DNA from: a virus
Reading direction: 5' to 3' (one strand)
Length of the DNA: 64,000 nucleotides
IMG/VR virus record: IMGVR_UViG_3300025668_000745
Location: 1-64,000 of that record
Shown here one piece after another: positions 1-8,864 of the stretch (the stretch's first letter is position 1; each line of letters begins with the position of its first letter). A program made the translations under genes and the position numbers. Under the pieces are notes generated by a model, which saw only the letters and a list, made by a program, of their open reading frames with translations, did not search any database and was not told where the DNA came from.

Positions 1-5
1 TTATG

Positions 6-114
6 AATATCTACGTCGTAGATATTAGTTTTCGCTAACGCTCAAACTAAACACTTCGTTTGTTGATAGAAGTAATTAATAAGATACAAATGCATTATTA
101 CGAATGTAATAATG
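6..114. repeat. Cluster of short inverted repeats (hairpins); possible terminator, origin element or 3' part of the adjacent RNA
   Basis: AATATCTACG (6-15) / CGTAGATATT (17-26) is a perfect 10-bp inverted repeat. TTAGTTT (25-31) / AAACTAA (44-50) encloses TCGCTAACGCTC. CATTATTAC (93-101) / GTAATAATG (106-114) is a third stem. Confidence 0.7.
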
Positions 115-118
115 TTTA

Positions 119-490
119 AGTTTCATGTAGATTGTTTAGTCAGACGGAACCTGTTACGGCCCCGTCGTCTTTTTGGATAACTTCATGTGAGTCCGTCCAG
201 CCGAGACATTGGAAGTAGGTAATTGTTTATACACAAAGTACAATGGGCTCTGACCTTTCCCAACCTACGTCGACATCGCTGTTTCCAGCTACCTCTTGCT
301 TCGTTCCTATTGCTAAAGAGTTTTTATGTACTGTGTTTGTGTTTTTCGACTGCCAACAAAACAATCTATATCAACCAGTGAGCCCAATTTGTTTGGTGGC
401 TTCCTACCTCTGGGTAGTCGATCAATATGTTACGTGTGCTTCTATACGAGAGCTTTTTCCACAGCGGTATTATTAAACTGGCCCGCTAAC
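119..490 (-). ncRNA. Putative large structured non-coding RNA directly downstream of the GIY-YIG gene
   Basis: No credible ORF. The hairpin 143-151/158-166 pairs fully only on the minus strand (two G-U pairs). A GCUG-GAAA-CAGC GNRA hairpin (278-289) lies on the minus strand. Local stems at 404-408/413-417 and 463-467/483-487. Long-range complementarities at 128-137/359-368 (10 bp), 244-250/380-386 and 215-220/263-268. Boundaries are approximate. Confidence 0.55.
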
Positions 491-491
491 C

Positions 492-941
492 TTATGTGTT
501 GGAATGTTTTGCCTGGATGTGTTGTTCTAACAATGCCTGTTTAAGTTTGTCTGACCCGCCTACTCTAACATTAATGATACCGTTATAGTATTCATCAGTT
601 TCAAGTACACGCCTATCAAATTGTTCTCTTGCCTCTATGTAGGACATTTCGCCCCTACCTTTACATAGGTATAATATTTCTCTTGTAAACTTGTCTTCGC
701 CTAATGCTGCTACGTCTGCGTTTAGTCTGTCTGAACTACCATAATAAGTTTTCCAGTCTGACTCTTTATAGCCTCGTCTTTTATTTTTTCTGCCTTTAAG
801 TGGTGGCTTAGTGGTTTTAAATTTTGCAAGTTTCTTGCCTATGTACTTTTGGCCTGTGGTAGTATTAGTAATAAGATAAACAAATCCTTCGTATTGATCT
901 TCAATACATTTAATTTCTTTACCTTGATAAGTCCAGCTCAT
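492..941 (-). CDS. Stand-alone GIY-YIG family endonuclease (149 aa)
   Basis: GFVYLITN...KYIGKK motif pair, downstream YYGSS and a conserved E...YYN. Basic insert KTTKPPLKGRKNKRR. No C-terminal DNA-binding domain. Confidence 0.85.
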   Translation of the reverse strand: MSWTYQGKEIKCIEDQYEGFVYLITNTTTGQKYIGKKLAKFKTTKPPLKGRKNKRRGYKESDWKTYYGSSDRLNADVAALGEDKFTREILYLCKGRGEMSYIEAREQFDRRVLETDEYYNGIINVRVGGSDKLKQALLEQHIQAKHSNT

Positions 942-958
942 ATGGTACTTACCGTTAG

Positions 959-1171
959 CTATTTATTATCGTTGCCTTTTCTGGTAATACGTGTAGTTGT
1001 ATGTTTTTCATGTATTTGATCCATGCGTTCTTTTGCAAGACTACGAATTTCTCTAAGCCATTTTCGTGAGTCTCGATGTGTTCGCACAGAATTTTTTCTT
1101 TCAAACTTTTCGTTTTCTTTAAAATATTCTAAGTATGCTTTTACTAACTTATCGTGTATGCTGTCTTCCAT
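959..1171 (-). CDS. Small basic helical protein, possibly histone H1-like Hc1-type nucleic-acid-binding protein
   Basis: 70 aa, K/R-rich, tightly packed behind gp46. The ENEKFE..NS...R.RK.L..I...AK.R pattern resembles the Hc1 N-terminal helical hairpin (recognised from memory only). Confidence 0.55.
   Translation of the reverse strand: MEDSIHDKLVKAYLEYFKENEKFERKNSVRTHRDSRKWLREIRSLAKERMDQIHEKHTTTRITRKGNDNK
960..966 (-). promoter_or_regulatory. Putative late promoter (ATAAATA) for the GIY-YIG gene
   Basis: Minus-strand ATAAATA 18 nt upstream of the ATG at 941. It is the same motif found before the structural genes and resembles the T4 late consensus TATAAATA. Confidence 0.5.
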
Positions 1172-1172
1172 A

Positions 1173-2945
1173 TTAGCTCAATACTTCGATGTCATTTTCG
1201 TAGCTTGTAAATCCGTTTTCTTTGATGACTTTCATTACAAAATTAACTCTTCCAATTAATTCATCTTTGTGCGAGATAAGATATATATTTTTATCACGCT
1301 CTCTACCAATCTTTTTAAGAACACTTAGCGAGTTTTCAACTCCAGCAGTATCCATGCCACTATCAATAAGTTCGTCAATAAACAACAAATTAATATTTTG
1401 ATATAAACTCTCCCAAACATCGCGGAATGCAAAGCTCATGCCAAGTATAAGTCTGTTACGTTCTCCACGTGATAGATTATCAAAGTCTAAGTCTTGACCA
1501 AGTTGTGTAATTTCAACACTAAGATCATTTTGGAATAATACTTGATGCGGCAATCCTAACTTGTCAAGATAGTATGTAAGTCTATTGTTTAGATATGCTA
1601 AGTTTTGCTCAATAATTTTTTTACGAATAAAACTATCTTTATTTGTTAACAATTTTAATAGGAACTCTTGATGCTCTTTATAATTTGTTAATTCATTAAC
1701 AGAGGTCCAATCAATATCCTGTAGTGCAGTATTAGTCAACTCGTCCACTTGAGTTTGATAAGGGTCAACATCATTTTCTTTTGTTGACAATGCTTGTTTT
1801 AAACTATCAACATTCTGTCTATGGTCATATGCTTCTTTAGCAGTTTCGTAAAAAGTAGTAGGTTTGCCGTTGATGTCACCAATTTCTTTAAGAGCGTCAA
1901 CAACACCTTGTCGTTTAGTGTCAATCTCAGTTGCATATGATATTGCATCTTCAAGTTCTTTTACTTTCTTCGATTCAATCTCTGCTTTTTTGTCTGCATG
2001 AAGCTCTTGTCCGCAAGTATAACAAGTTGCATCTTCAAGATTTGCGATGTCTTTTTGTGCTTTTTCTACACTCTTAGTTGCACGTAATAGTGCTGGCTCC
2101 AATGTGCTTAATTCTTTTTTAAGAGCCAAAATAGAATTGTTATGTTCGTTCCAGTTAGATAATTTTTCATGACTATCTAATTCAGAATCGATATCTAAAT
2201 GTTCTAATTCTTCTATAGATTTAGACAATCTTTCAGTGTCTAATGTCTGTTTTGCACGCCATGCACGTTGGTTCTTCTTCAAACTTTCGATTGTAACTTC
2301 AATTTTTTCATTAGCTGTTTGAATAGCTTCAATTTTTAAAGTTTCTGATGTAATTGCTTCTTTTGTTGTTTTTACTTGTTCTTTTAAGTTTTCGGCCTTC
2401 TCAGAAAGTATAGTAATGCCTAACAGTTGTTCAATGATTGCACGTTGATCGTTCTGCCGCATACTTAAAAACGGTTCAGTGTATGTGTTTAGAGCAACAA
2501 TATGTTTAAACATATCGTGACTCATGTTCAGTAGAACATTAATTGATTCTTGTGTTTTGCGACTGTCGCCTTGTGACTCGTCGACCATCTCTTGTTCTTG
2601 ATCATTGATATAAAACTTGAGTACGTTAGGCGATCTACCACGTTCGATTCGATAATCAACGCCATCTTTTTCAAAATGTAGTGTAACTAACATGCCTTTT
2701 GAGTTAGTTTTGTTAATCAAGTTATTGCGTTTGATGTTTGTAAGTGCTGTACCATACAACGCATACGATAGTGCATTGATGATAGTAGTTTTACCAGTAC
2801 CGTTACGTGATCCTGTGTCGTCACCACCTTGATCTAAGTTCTCACCAAGCACAAGTGTTAGTTGTTCTTTGTTAAAATCTACAGCCTGGGTTTGATTGCC
2901 CACACTCATAAAGTTTTTTACGGTTAAGTCTTTAATTCTTATCAT
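1173..2945 (-). CDS. gp46: SbcC/Rad50-like recombination ATPase (T4 gp46-like)
   Basis: N-terminal KNFMSVG, Walker A NGTGKTT, long coiled coil with zinc-hook CYTCGQ, signature LSRGE, Walker B LFIDE and H-loop ISHK. Confidence 0.95.
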   Translation of the reverse strand: MIRIKDLTVKNFMSVGNQTQAVDFNKEQLTLVLGENLDQGGDDTGSRNGTGKTTIINALSYALYGTALTNIKRNNLINKTNSKGMLVTLHFEKDGVDYRIERGRSPNVLKFYINDQEQEMVDESQGDSRKTQESINVLLNMSHDMFKHIVALNTYTEPFLSMRQNDQRAIIEQLLGITILSEKAENLKEQVKTTKEAITSETLKIEAIQTANEKIEVTIESLKKNQRAWRAKQTLDTERLSKSIEELEHLDIDSELDSHEKLSNWNEHNNSILALKKELSTLEPALLRATKSVEKAQKDIANLEDATCYTCGQELHADKKAEIESKKVKELEDAISYATEIDTKRQGVVDALKEIGDINGKPTTFYETAKEAYDHRQNVDSLKQALSTKENDVDPYQTQVDELTNTALQDIDWTSVNELTNYKEHQEFLLKLLTNKDSFIRKKIIEQNLAYLNNRLTYYLDKLGLPHQVLFQNDLSVEITQLGQDLDFDNLSRGERNRLILGMSFAFRDVWESLYQNINLLFIDELIDSGMDTAGVENSLSVLKKIGRERDKNIYLISHKDELIGRVNFVMKVIKENGFTSYENDIEVLS

Positions 2946-3952
2946 AATTCGTTATAAATGTCCAGTAGCATTTTCTTATTAAAGTTTTCAGAGTCAATTG
3001 CAGTAATTTCTTTAGACACAATCTCGTCAACACTTTCAAATGATGTTATATCTAAGTCTGTATTAATTTCTTCGATTGTTTTTTGTGATATAAGAGATAT
3101 TTCTCGACAATTATGTTGATTAATATAAGTTTCTTTAATGAAACTGGCTTCTTCGTAACTAATTGGTAAGTCAAGAGTTACTCGTATATACATATTTGAC
3201 TTAATAATATTTTTTGTATCATCAATTAACTGTGATAACTTAACTGTGCGATACTTTGGACAGTCAGGCCAGTTAACGTATACTGGCTCAGCATCATTCT
3301 CTTTATCAAGTATCATCATACCACGATCATCATCCCATGCATCTGCGTAGTTATGCGGAAAGGCATTTCCAAGATAGTGTATTTTACCTTGCTTTTGTCT
3401 TTTATGGAAGTGTCCTGAGAATACATACTCTTGATTTTTAAAATGTTCACTTTTAAGTTCACCATGATCGGGCATTTGTACCATTGCGTTCATATAAAAC
3501 GAAGGAAGTTCAAAGTGTCCAAACATGTACTTAGATTTAATCTTCTCAATCTTCTTCCATTCGTCGCCTACTAACCACGGGACTAATGTTACATCGTCGA
3601 TAGTTGTAATTTCGTCAATAAATGTTATACCTGGAATAAACTTACTGAATGCTGTACTATTAACATCACGCTTATCTTTATAATATAAGTCGTGATTACC
3701 ATCGAAAAAGAAGAACTGCTCAAATGCTTGTCCAAGTTTTTCGAGGCATCTTATAGTTGCATCCATTGTAGTAAGATTAAGACTATTTCTATTATGATGC
3801 CAGTCACCACAGAAGATACCAGTCTCGCAATTATTAGCCTTAGCTTGCTCAATAAACCAATCAATAAAGTTTTCACCATCTTGATTATGTTGTTTAGAGT
3901 TGCCTTTTAGACCAAAATGGATGTCAGTGAATACTGCTGCCTTTTTAAACAA
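2942..3952 (-). CDS. gp47: SbcD/Mre11-like recombination nuclease (T4 gp47-like)
   Basis: Metallophosphoesterase motifs DIHFG, GDWHH, GNHD, GHFE and SGHFH. Overlaps the gp46 start. Confidence 0.95.
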   Translation of the reverse strand: MFKKAAVFTDIHFGLKGNSKQHNQDGENFIDWFIEQAKANNCETGIFCGDWHHNRNSLNLTTMDATIRCLEKLGQAFEQFFFFDGNHDLYYKDKRDVNSTAFSKFIPGITFIDEITTIDDVTLVPWLVGDEWKKIEKIKSKYMFGHFELPSFYMNAMVQMPDHGELKSEHFKNQEYVFSGHFHKRQKQGKIHYLGNAFPHNYADAWDDDRGMMILDKENDAEPVYVNWPDCPKYRTVKLSQLIDDTKNIIKSNMYIRVTLDLPISYEEASFIKETYINQHNCREISLISQKTIEEINTDLDITSFESVDEIVSKEITAIDSENFNKKMLLDIYNEL

Positions 3953-3975
3953 AATTAGATCCTCGCTTTTTTATT

Positions 3976-4004
3976 AGCATAACACAAAAAGTTATTAATG
4001 TCAA
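3976..4004 (-). promoter_or_regulatory. Sigma70-type promoter for gp47/gp46
   Basis: Minus strand reads TTGACA-N17-TATGCT with an extended -10 TG. Confidence 0.7.
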
Positions 4005-4013
4005 TAGAAATGG

Positions 4014-4832
4014 TTACTTTCCGGCTTCTCTTTTAAGAGCAGCTTCCCATTCTCCAGCATGTAGTCTTGTATGCGAAGGATTTAAGTCGTTCATTTCGAG
4101 AATATCGTCTCTAATGTTCTGCGCTCGTTTTTCAATGTTAATAATTCGTACAAATGAGTTTGTAACGGCGGCTGTATAATACGCAAATGGATTGTTGGAC
4201 TTTGATTCATCAAACTGTAGACCAATTTGTGCCAATTGTAAGATTGCCTGTCCTCGCATTTCGTCGTTGTATGTATATCCACGTACATTTCCTCTTGTTG
4301 CGTACCTATCACATAACTTCATCCACATCATAGCAAGTTTATTAGTTGCTTTTCCGCCTGTTAACGTAAAGCAACCGTTTTCCATGCCTCCTGCCCAGTG
4401 ACTTTTACCAACACATACTAATTCTCCATCAGATGTAAATTTATAATGCTGAAATGGAGGAAAATTAAGTTTAACTCTGGTATCTGCAACTGTCTTTGGG
4501 TTCTTTTTGCGCCCAGGCTCTTCAGGAATATGGTCAAAAGTGTAAATTCTAAAAATTATCTCTTCTTTTGTAACTTTTTTATAGTCATGTTCACATTCTG
4601 CCATCTTTACTTTTCGACCAGCTGCTTTAGCATCGTCGTATGCTTGGACACTAAGGCGTTTTGCTTTGTTACGTTTAGCTTCTGCAATAGTCCTGATATT
4701 AATTTTTTCAATAGTTGGTAGGATAATATCAAATTGATGATAATCCTTATCAACAAAGCTACAAAATGTAGATTTTGATTTATGTATCTCTTTAAGGATA
4801 TCTTTGTTGTTTAAATAATTTACTCTTTTCAT
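4014..4832 (-). CDS. gp55: Late transcription sigma factor (T4 gp55-like)
   Basis: N-terminal NYLNNKDIL and C-terminal RGYTYNDEM...FDESKSNNPFAYYT...F.R.I..EK match the gp55 pattern. Located next to gp47/gp46 as in T4-like phages. Confidence 0.85.
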   Translation of the reverse strand: MKRVNYLNNKDILKEIHKSKSTFCSFVDKDYHQFDIILPTIEKINIRTIAEAKRNKAKRLSVQAYDDAKAAGRKVKMAECEHDYKKVTKEEIIFRIYTFDHIPEEPGRKKNPKTVADTRVKLNFPPFQHYKFTSDGELVCVGKSHWAGGMENGCFTLTGGKATNKLAMMWMKLCDRYATRGNVRGYTYNDEMRGQAILQLAQIGLQFDESKSNNPFAYYTAAVTNSFVRIINIEKRAQNIRDDILEMNDLNPSHTRLHAGEWEAALKREAGK

Positions 4833-4862
4833 ATAATTTCCTATAGTTTAAGTATTTCTTAT

Positions 4863-4891
4863 ATTATACACGTAAATTTACTAAAAGTCAA
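4863..4891 (-). promoter_or_regulatory. Sigma70-type promoter for the late sigma gene
   Basis: Minus strand reads TTGACT-N17-TATAAT. Confidence 0.75.
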
Positions 4892-4914
4892 GTATATTCA
4901 TTAAAAAAATTAAA

Positions 4915-4941
4915 TGCGTAGTTTATTTATAGTGATAAATA
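4915..4941 (+). promoter_or_regulatory. Late promoter TGCGTA-N14-ATAAATA upstream of the baseplate module
   Basis: ATAAATA at 4935-4941, followed by an AGGAG RBS and the ATG at 4959. Confidence 0.7.
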
Positions 4942-4958
4942 CACTATAGGAGTAATCT

Positions 4959-5852
4959 ATGTCAGGATTTTTTAACGCAGCAAATAGAGTTGCAAATCAA
5001 TTTCAAAGTTTGCAACAGAGTATAGGATCTGAGTTTGTAAATATTGTAGAAAACAGCAAATTTGGAAATGTATTACAAGGTGCAAGGTCACTACAAGGAA
5101 TTGCACAAGGTGTTGCAGATTTTGCAAACGGACTTGCAGATCCATCAAAATTGCTTTCGCAGTTTAGATCGAGAAATATATTTCCCGGAGCAGAACCTGA
5201 ACAAAGTTCACGAGTTAGTGCAGAAATTGCTGGCGGAGTAGAAAGAGATTGGAGAGTACGTCTAAGTATTCCTGGATCGATGAAAGGTAGTAAAATGTTT
5301 ACTCCGTTAAGTCGAACTGCTGGTTTTGTATTTCCATATACTCCTACAATTTATGTACAACACAGTGCAGATTATAATAGTTTACAGCCTGTACACACAA
5401 ATTATCCGTTTCCTGTTTATGAAAATAGCAGAACTGATCAATTTACAGTGAGTGGAGACTTTTTAGTTGAAACATCTTTTGAAGCAGAATACTGGGTAGC
5501 AGCAGTCCACTTCTTAAGAACGATAACAAAAATGGATTATGGTGGAACAGGCGCACCGCCACCAATTTGTAGACTAAACGGATACGGAGATTTTGTTTTT
5601 AACAACGTTCCTGTTGTTATAACAAACTTTCAAATAGATTTACCTGCAGAAGTTGACTACATATCTACGAGTTTAGAAAGTCAAGGCGTTAGTACAAATA
5701 GCGCAAATGGTAAAGCTATAAGTTGGGTACCGTCACAAAGTTTGATCAGTGTTACATTACAGCCGATTTATAGTAGACGAAAGGTTGAAAAGTTCAATCT
5801 TAATAGTTTTATGAATGGATCATATATTAAAGATGGGGATGGATTTATCTAA
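4959..5852 (+). CDS. Virion structural protein, probable tail-tube initiator / baseplate (gp48/gp54-like)
   Basis: GFVFPYTPTI, GAPPPICRLNGYG and NVPVVITNF motifs typical of contractile-tail tube-fold proteins. First gene of the baseplate operon. Confidence 0.6.
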   Translation: MSGFFNAANRVANQFQSLQQSIGSEFVNIVENSKFGNVLQGARSLQGIAQGVADFANGLADPSKLLSQFRSRNIFPGAEPEQSSRVSAEIAGGVERDWRVRLSIPGSMKGSKMFTPLSRTAGFVFPYTPTIYVQHSADYNSLQPVHTNYPFPVYENSRTDQFTVSGDFLVETSFEAEYWVAAVHFLRTITKMDYGGTGAPPPICRLNGYGDFVFNNVPVVITNFQIDLPAEVDYISTSLESQGVSTNSANGKAISWVPSQSLISVTLQPIYSRRKVEKFNLNSFMNGSYIKDGDGFI

Positions 5853-6148
5853 TGTCAAGTGTTACAAGCCCTTATTATAAAACAAAAAAAGCAAACGGAA
5901 ATTATTTAGATTTACTTACTATTAGGCCTGTCCCTGCAGACCCAGATGATATACAATACACTATTGAACCTCAATATAACTTTAGACCAGATCTGTTAGC
6001 ATTTGACCTATACGGTAGTTCAAAATTATGGTGGATTTTTGCACAGCGTAATTTAGATATTATCTACGATCCTATATTTGATTTTAAAGTTTCAACTACA
6101 ATTTATCTACCTAAGAATAGTAGATTAAAAGCAGTATTAGGTCTATAA
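5852..6148 (+). CDS. LysM-like baseplate wedge protein (gp53-like)
   Basis: RPDLLAFDLYGSSKLWWIFAQRN motif; baseplate gene context. Confidence 0.8.
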   Translation: MSSVTSPYYKTKKANGNYLDLLTIRPVPADPDDIQYTIEPQYNFRPDLLAFDLYGSSKLWWIFAQRNLDIIYDPIFDFKVSTTIYLPKNSRLKAVLGL

Positions 6149-6149
6149 T

Positions 6150-8855
6150 ATGTCAACAGAATACGAAAACGCAGCATTTGGAACAAGTCGAAGGAACCTT
6201 GCTAATAAAGTAAACAATACTGTTAGATCGGGAATTGGTAGTTTAGATGCAGCAGCAGCTTCTGCACAATCAGCAACAGCTCGTATTGCAACAGTAGGGT
6301 TTGGACCCGGCCAAGTTGATCCTGCCTTAGCAAGAGCTCAAGCTGCAATTGAAGGAGTAACAAATCCGGATACATGGGTTGAAGGTATAGGATGGGGTAC
6401 AACTCCTGCTAATACTAATATCTCTGTAGGAGAACAAGTATCAAATGCAGCTACTATTGTGCCATCGGCAACTCCACAATCTGAATCACCTACTCAGTTT
6501 AACTATTCAACATCGACACCTATACAACCTAATGCTTTAGAAGAATTTGCATCCTTTAATAATATTTTTACATTAGGTGTACTTACCGCAGAAGAAACAA
6601 ATTTTCCAAATAGAACATATAGACAAAATGGACCATCTATTACAATATTAAGGTCCGGCGGCGGATTAGGTAATAGTAAAGTAACAACAGCATTTGAAAC
6701 CCAGGGCAAGGTAGAATATTTTATTGATAACCTTGATATTGATAGTATAATTTCTCCAGGGAACCGTGTAGGCACAACTAATGCAACTACAATAAATTTT
6801 CAAGTTACTGAACCTTATAGTATGGGATTGTTTATGCAATCCTTAATGGAAGGCGCACTAAACGCCGGCTTTGCAAATTATATACAAGCACCGTATGTTT
6901 TACAAATAGACTTTGTTGGTTGGGACGATAACGGTAATGCAAAAGTTATAGAAAATACTACAAGGTATTTTCCATTAAGATTTATAGATATTAAATTTAA
7001 TGTTACTGCTGGCGGATGCGTCTACGATGTAACAGCAATTCCTTATAACGAAGTAGCACTAAGTGATACAGTACAGCGTATAAAGACAGACATTGCTCCG
7101 ACTGGCGCTACACTACAAGAAATATTTCAAACCGGACAAAACAGTTTAACAAATATTATTAATAGAAGATATAGAGAACAAGCCAGTGCTGGCGAAATAA
7201 GTACACCAGATGAAATAGCAATTATTTTTCCAAATCCTAATTTAGATTTATCAGCAGCAATAACTTCAGATACGCCGCAATCGGCTACAGTTACTTTGGA
7301 AGAAGCAGCAAGAAGTTTAGGTCAAGTTGGATTAGCAGGTGCTGCAAATATAGATAGAATAGAAGAATTACAAGCTAATACTGTTGGTTCAATTGGTAGA
7401 GATAATATAACTGATAGGATAGTAGGTTTATCAAGCAGAAGGCCAAACGTAATCGGTGGCGCAACGATTGTACAAAGCATATTAGAAAAAGGTATTTCAC
7501 CAATGGCTATTGATGCATTTGTACTTGACGAAAACACAGGAAATTATTCAAGAGGAAAAATTAGTATTTCGTCAGACTTAAGAACATTTAGTTTTGGCCA
7601 AGGAATGAAAATACAAAATATTATTGAAAGTATTATACTTACCAGTAGTTATGCAAGAAGTATTGCGGATTACACAGTAGACTTTGTTGGCATGGTTGAT
7701 TGGTTTAGAATAGAAACAGATGTGTATATTAATGAAGATTTAAACAATGAATCTCAAAATGGTAGACCTGGTCTTGTTTATATTTTTAAAGTTGTACCGT
7801 ACAAAGTACATAGTAGTATTTTTAGTAGAGGTAGTACTGGCGGCGCAAATTATGCCAATTTATCTAAAAACGTTGCAAAAGAATACAATTATATCTATAC
7901 AGGAAAAAATAAAGATATATTAGATTTTGATATTCAAATGAATTTTGCATTTTTTACAGGGCTACAAGAAGATAGAGGACAAGGATCTGCTGATATTGTA
8001 AATAATGGATCTGATTCTGGGTTGCAAAGCGACCCTACAATTTACGGTCAATCTGAAGGTACTGGAGATTTTCAACCTGATGGACAGACTCCGATAGAAT
8101 CAGTAACCGACGTCTCAGGAGATTTAACTCCGGGTACAGAGATAGATGATCAAAAAATTAGAATAGCAAGACAATTTCATGATGCTATTATTAATAGTGA
8201 TGTAGACTTAGTTCAATTAAAATTAGATATTATGGGAGATCCTTATTATATATCAGATAGCGGTTTAGGAAACTATAATAGTCCTAATGTTGGAGTTCTA
8301 AATATTAACGGTGACGGCGCTATGGCATATCAGAATAGCGAAGTTGATATACTGATTAACTTTAAAACTCCTATTGATTATAAAGACGATGATAGCGGTA
8401 CTATGTTATTTCCTGAACAAACTACTAAACTAACACCATTTAGTGGATTATATAGAGTTATTTTTGTTAGAAATGCTTGGCAAAATAATAAATTTGTGCA
8501 AACACTAACATTAATACGCAGACCAAATCAAGAAGTAGAAGGTACAGTTACAGATCAAAGAATGTTTACAGACGCCAGATCGCCAATTGGACAAGTAGAT
8601 GCATCATTGCCAGCAAACCAACTCCAACAAGAAGCTGACAGAGTTTTAGCTGGGCTAAGTACATCAGTAGGTGACGTAGTTTCGGGATTAGCTTCCGGAC
8701 AAGCTGGAGCACTTGCTGCTGCAAGACAATTACAAGCAGATGCTACACGAATTAGTGGGTTAATTAGTGATTCAACAGGCCAAGCACAAGCGGCAATTAA
8801 TGACGTTAGAAATAGTGTCAATTCAGCATTATCAAATGTAATAGGACCGAGGTAA
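6150..8855 (+). CDS. Probable baseplate hub protein (gp27/VgrG-N-like), 901 aa
   Basis: Lies between the gp53-like and gp5-like genes. C-terminal L.I.GDP...FSGLYRV......F.Q.L.L.R hub-type motif. Ala-rich terminal extensions. Confidence 0.6.
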   Translation: MSTEYENAAFGTSRRNLANKVNNTVRSGIGSLDAAAASAQSATARIATVGFGPGQVDPALARAQAAIEGVTNPDTWVEGIGWGTTPANTNISVGEQVSNAATIVPSATPQSESPTQFNYSTSTPIQPNALEEFASFNNIFTLGVLTAEETNFPNRTYRQNGPSITILRSGGGLGNSKVTTAFETQGKVEYFIDNLDIDSIISPGNRVGTTNATTINFQVTEPYSMGLFMQSLMEGALNAGFANYIQAPYVLQIDFVGWDDNGNAKVIENTTRYFPLRFIDIKFNVTAGGCVYDVTAIPYNEVALSDTVQRIKTDIAPTGATLQEIFQTGQNSLTNIINRRYREQASAGEISTPDEIAIIFPNPNLDLSAAITSDTPQSATVTLEEAARSLGQVGLAGAANIDRIEELQANTVGSIGRDNITDRIVGLSSRRPNVIGGATIVQSILEKGISPMAIDAFVLDENTGNYSRGKISISSDLRTFSFGQGMKIQNIIESIILTSSYARSIADYTVDFVGMVDWFRIETDVYINEDLNNESQNGRPGLVYIFKVVPYKVHSSIFSRGSTGGANYANLSKNVAKEYNYIYTGKNKDILDFDIQMNFAFFTGLQEDRGQGSADIVNNGSDSGLQSDPTIYGQSEGTGDFQPDGQTPIESVTDVSGDLTPGTEIDDQKIRIARQFHDAIINSDVDLVQLKLDIMGDPYYISDSGLGNYNSPNVGVLNINGDGAMAYQNSEVDILINFKTPIDYKDDDSGTMLFPEQTTKLTPFSGLYRVIFVRNAWQNNKFVQTLTLIRRPNQEVEGTVTDQRMFTDARSPIGQVDASLPANQLQQEADRVLAGLSTSVGDVVSGLASGQAGALAAARQLQADATRISGLISDSTGQAQAAINDVRNSVNSALSNVIGPR

Positions 8856-8864
8856 AAAATTTAA

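Noticed and set aside
119-490. tRNA, tmRNA, RNase P or CRISPR array
   Set aside because: No cloverleaf or T-loop consensus, no RNase P GGAAAGUC core, and no regularly spaced direct repeats.
243-544. Plus-strand ORFs 243-476 and 326-544
   Set aside because: They have no RBS and atypical composition, and they overlap each other and the GIY-YIG end. The region is better explained as a minus-strand structured RNA.
119-958. Group I intron carrying a GIY-YIG homing endonuclease
   Set aside because: GAUCGACUAC and GAUAUAG loosely recall the R and S elements. However, only 17 nt separate the ORF from the intact upstream gene, no interrupted host gene is visible, and I could not build a convincing P7. 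Not fully excluded without cmsearch.
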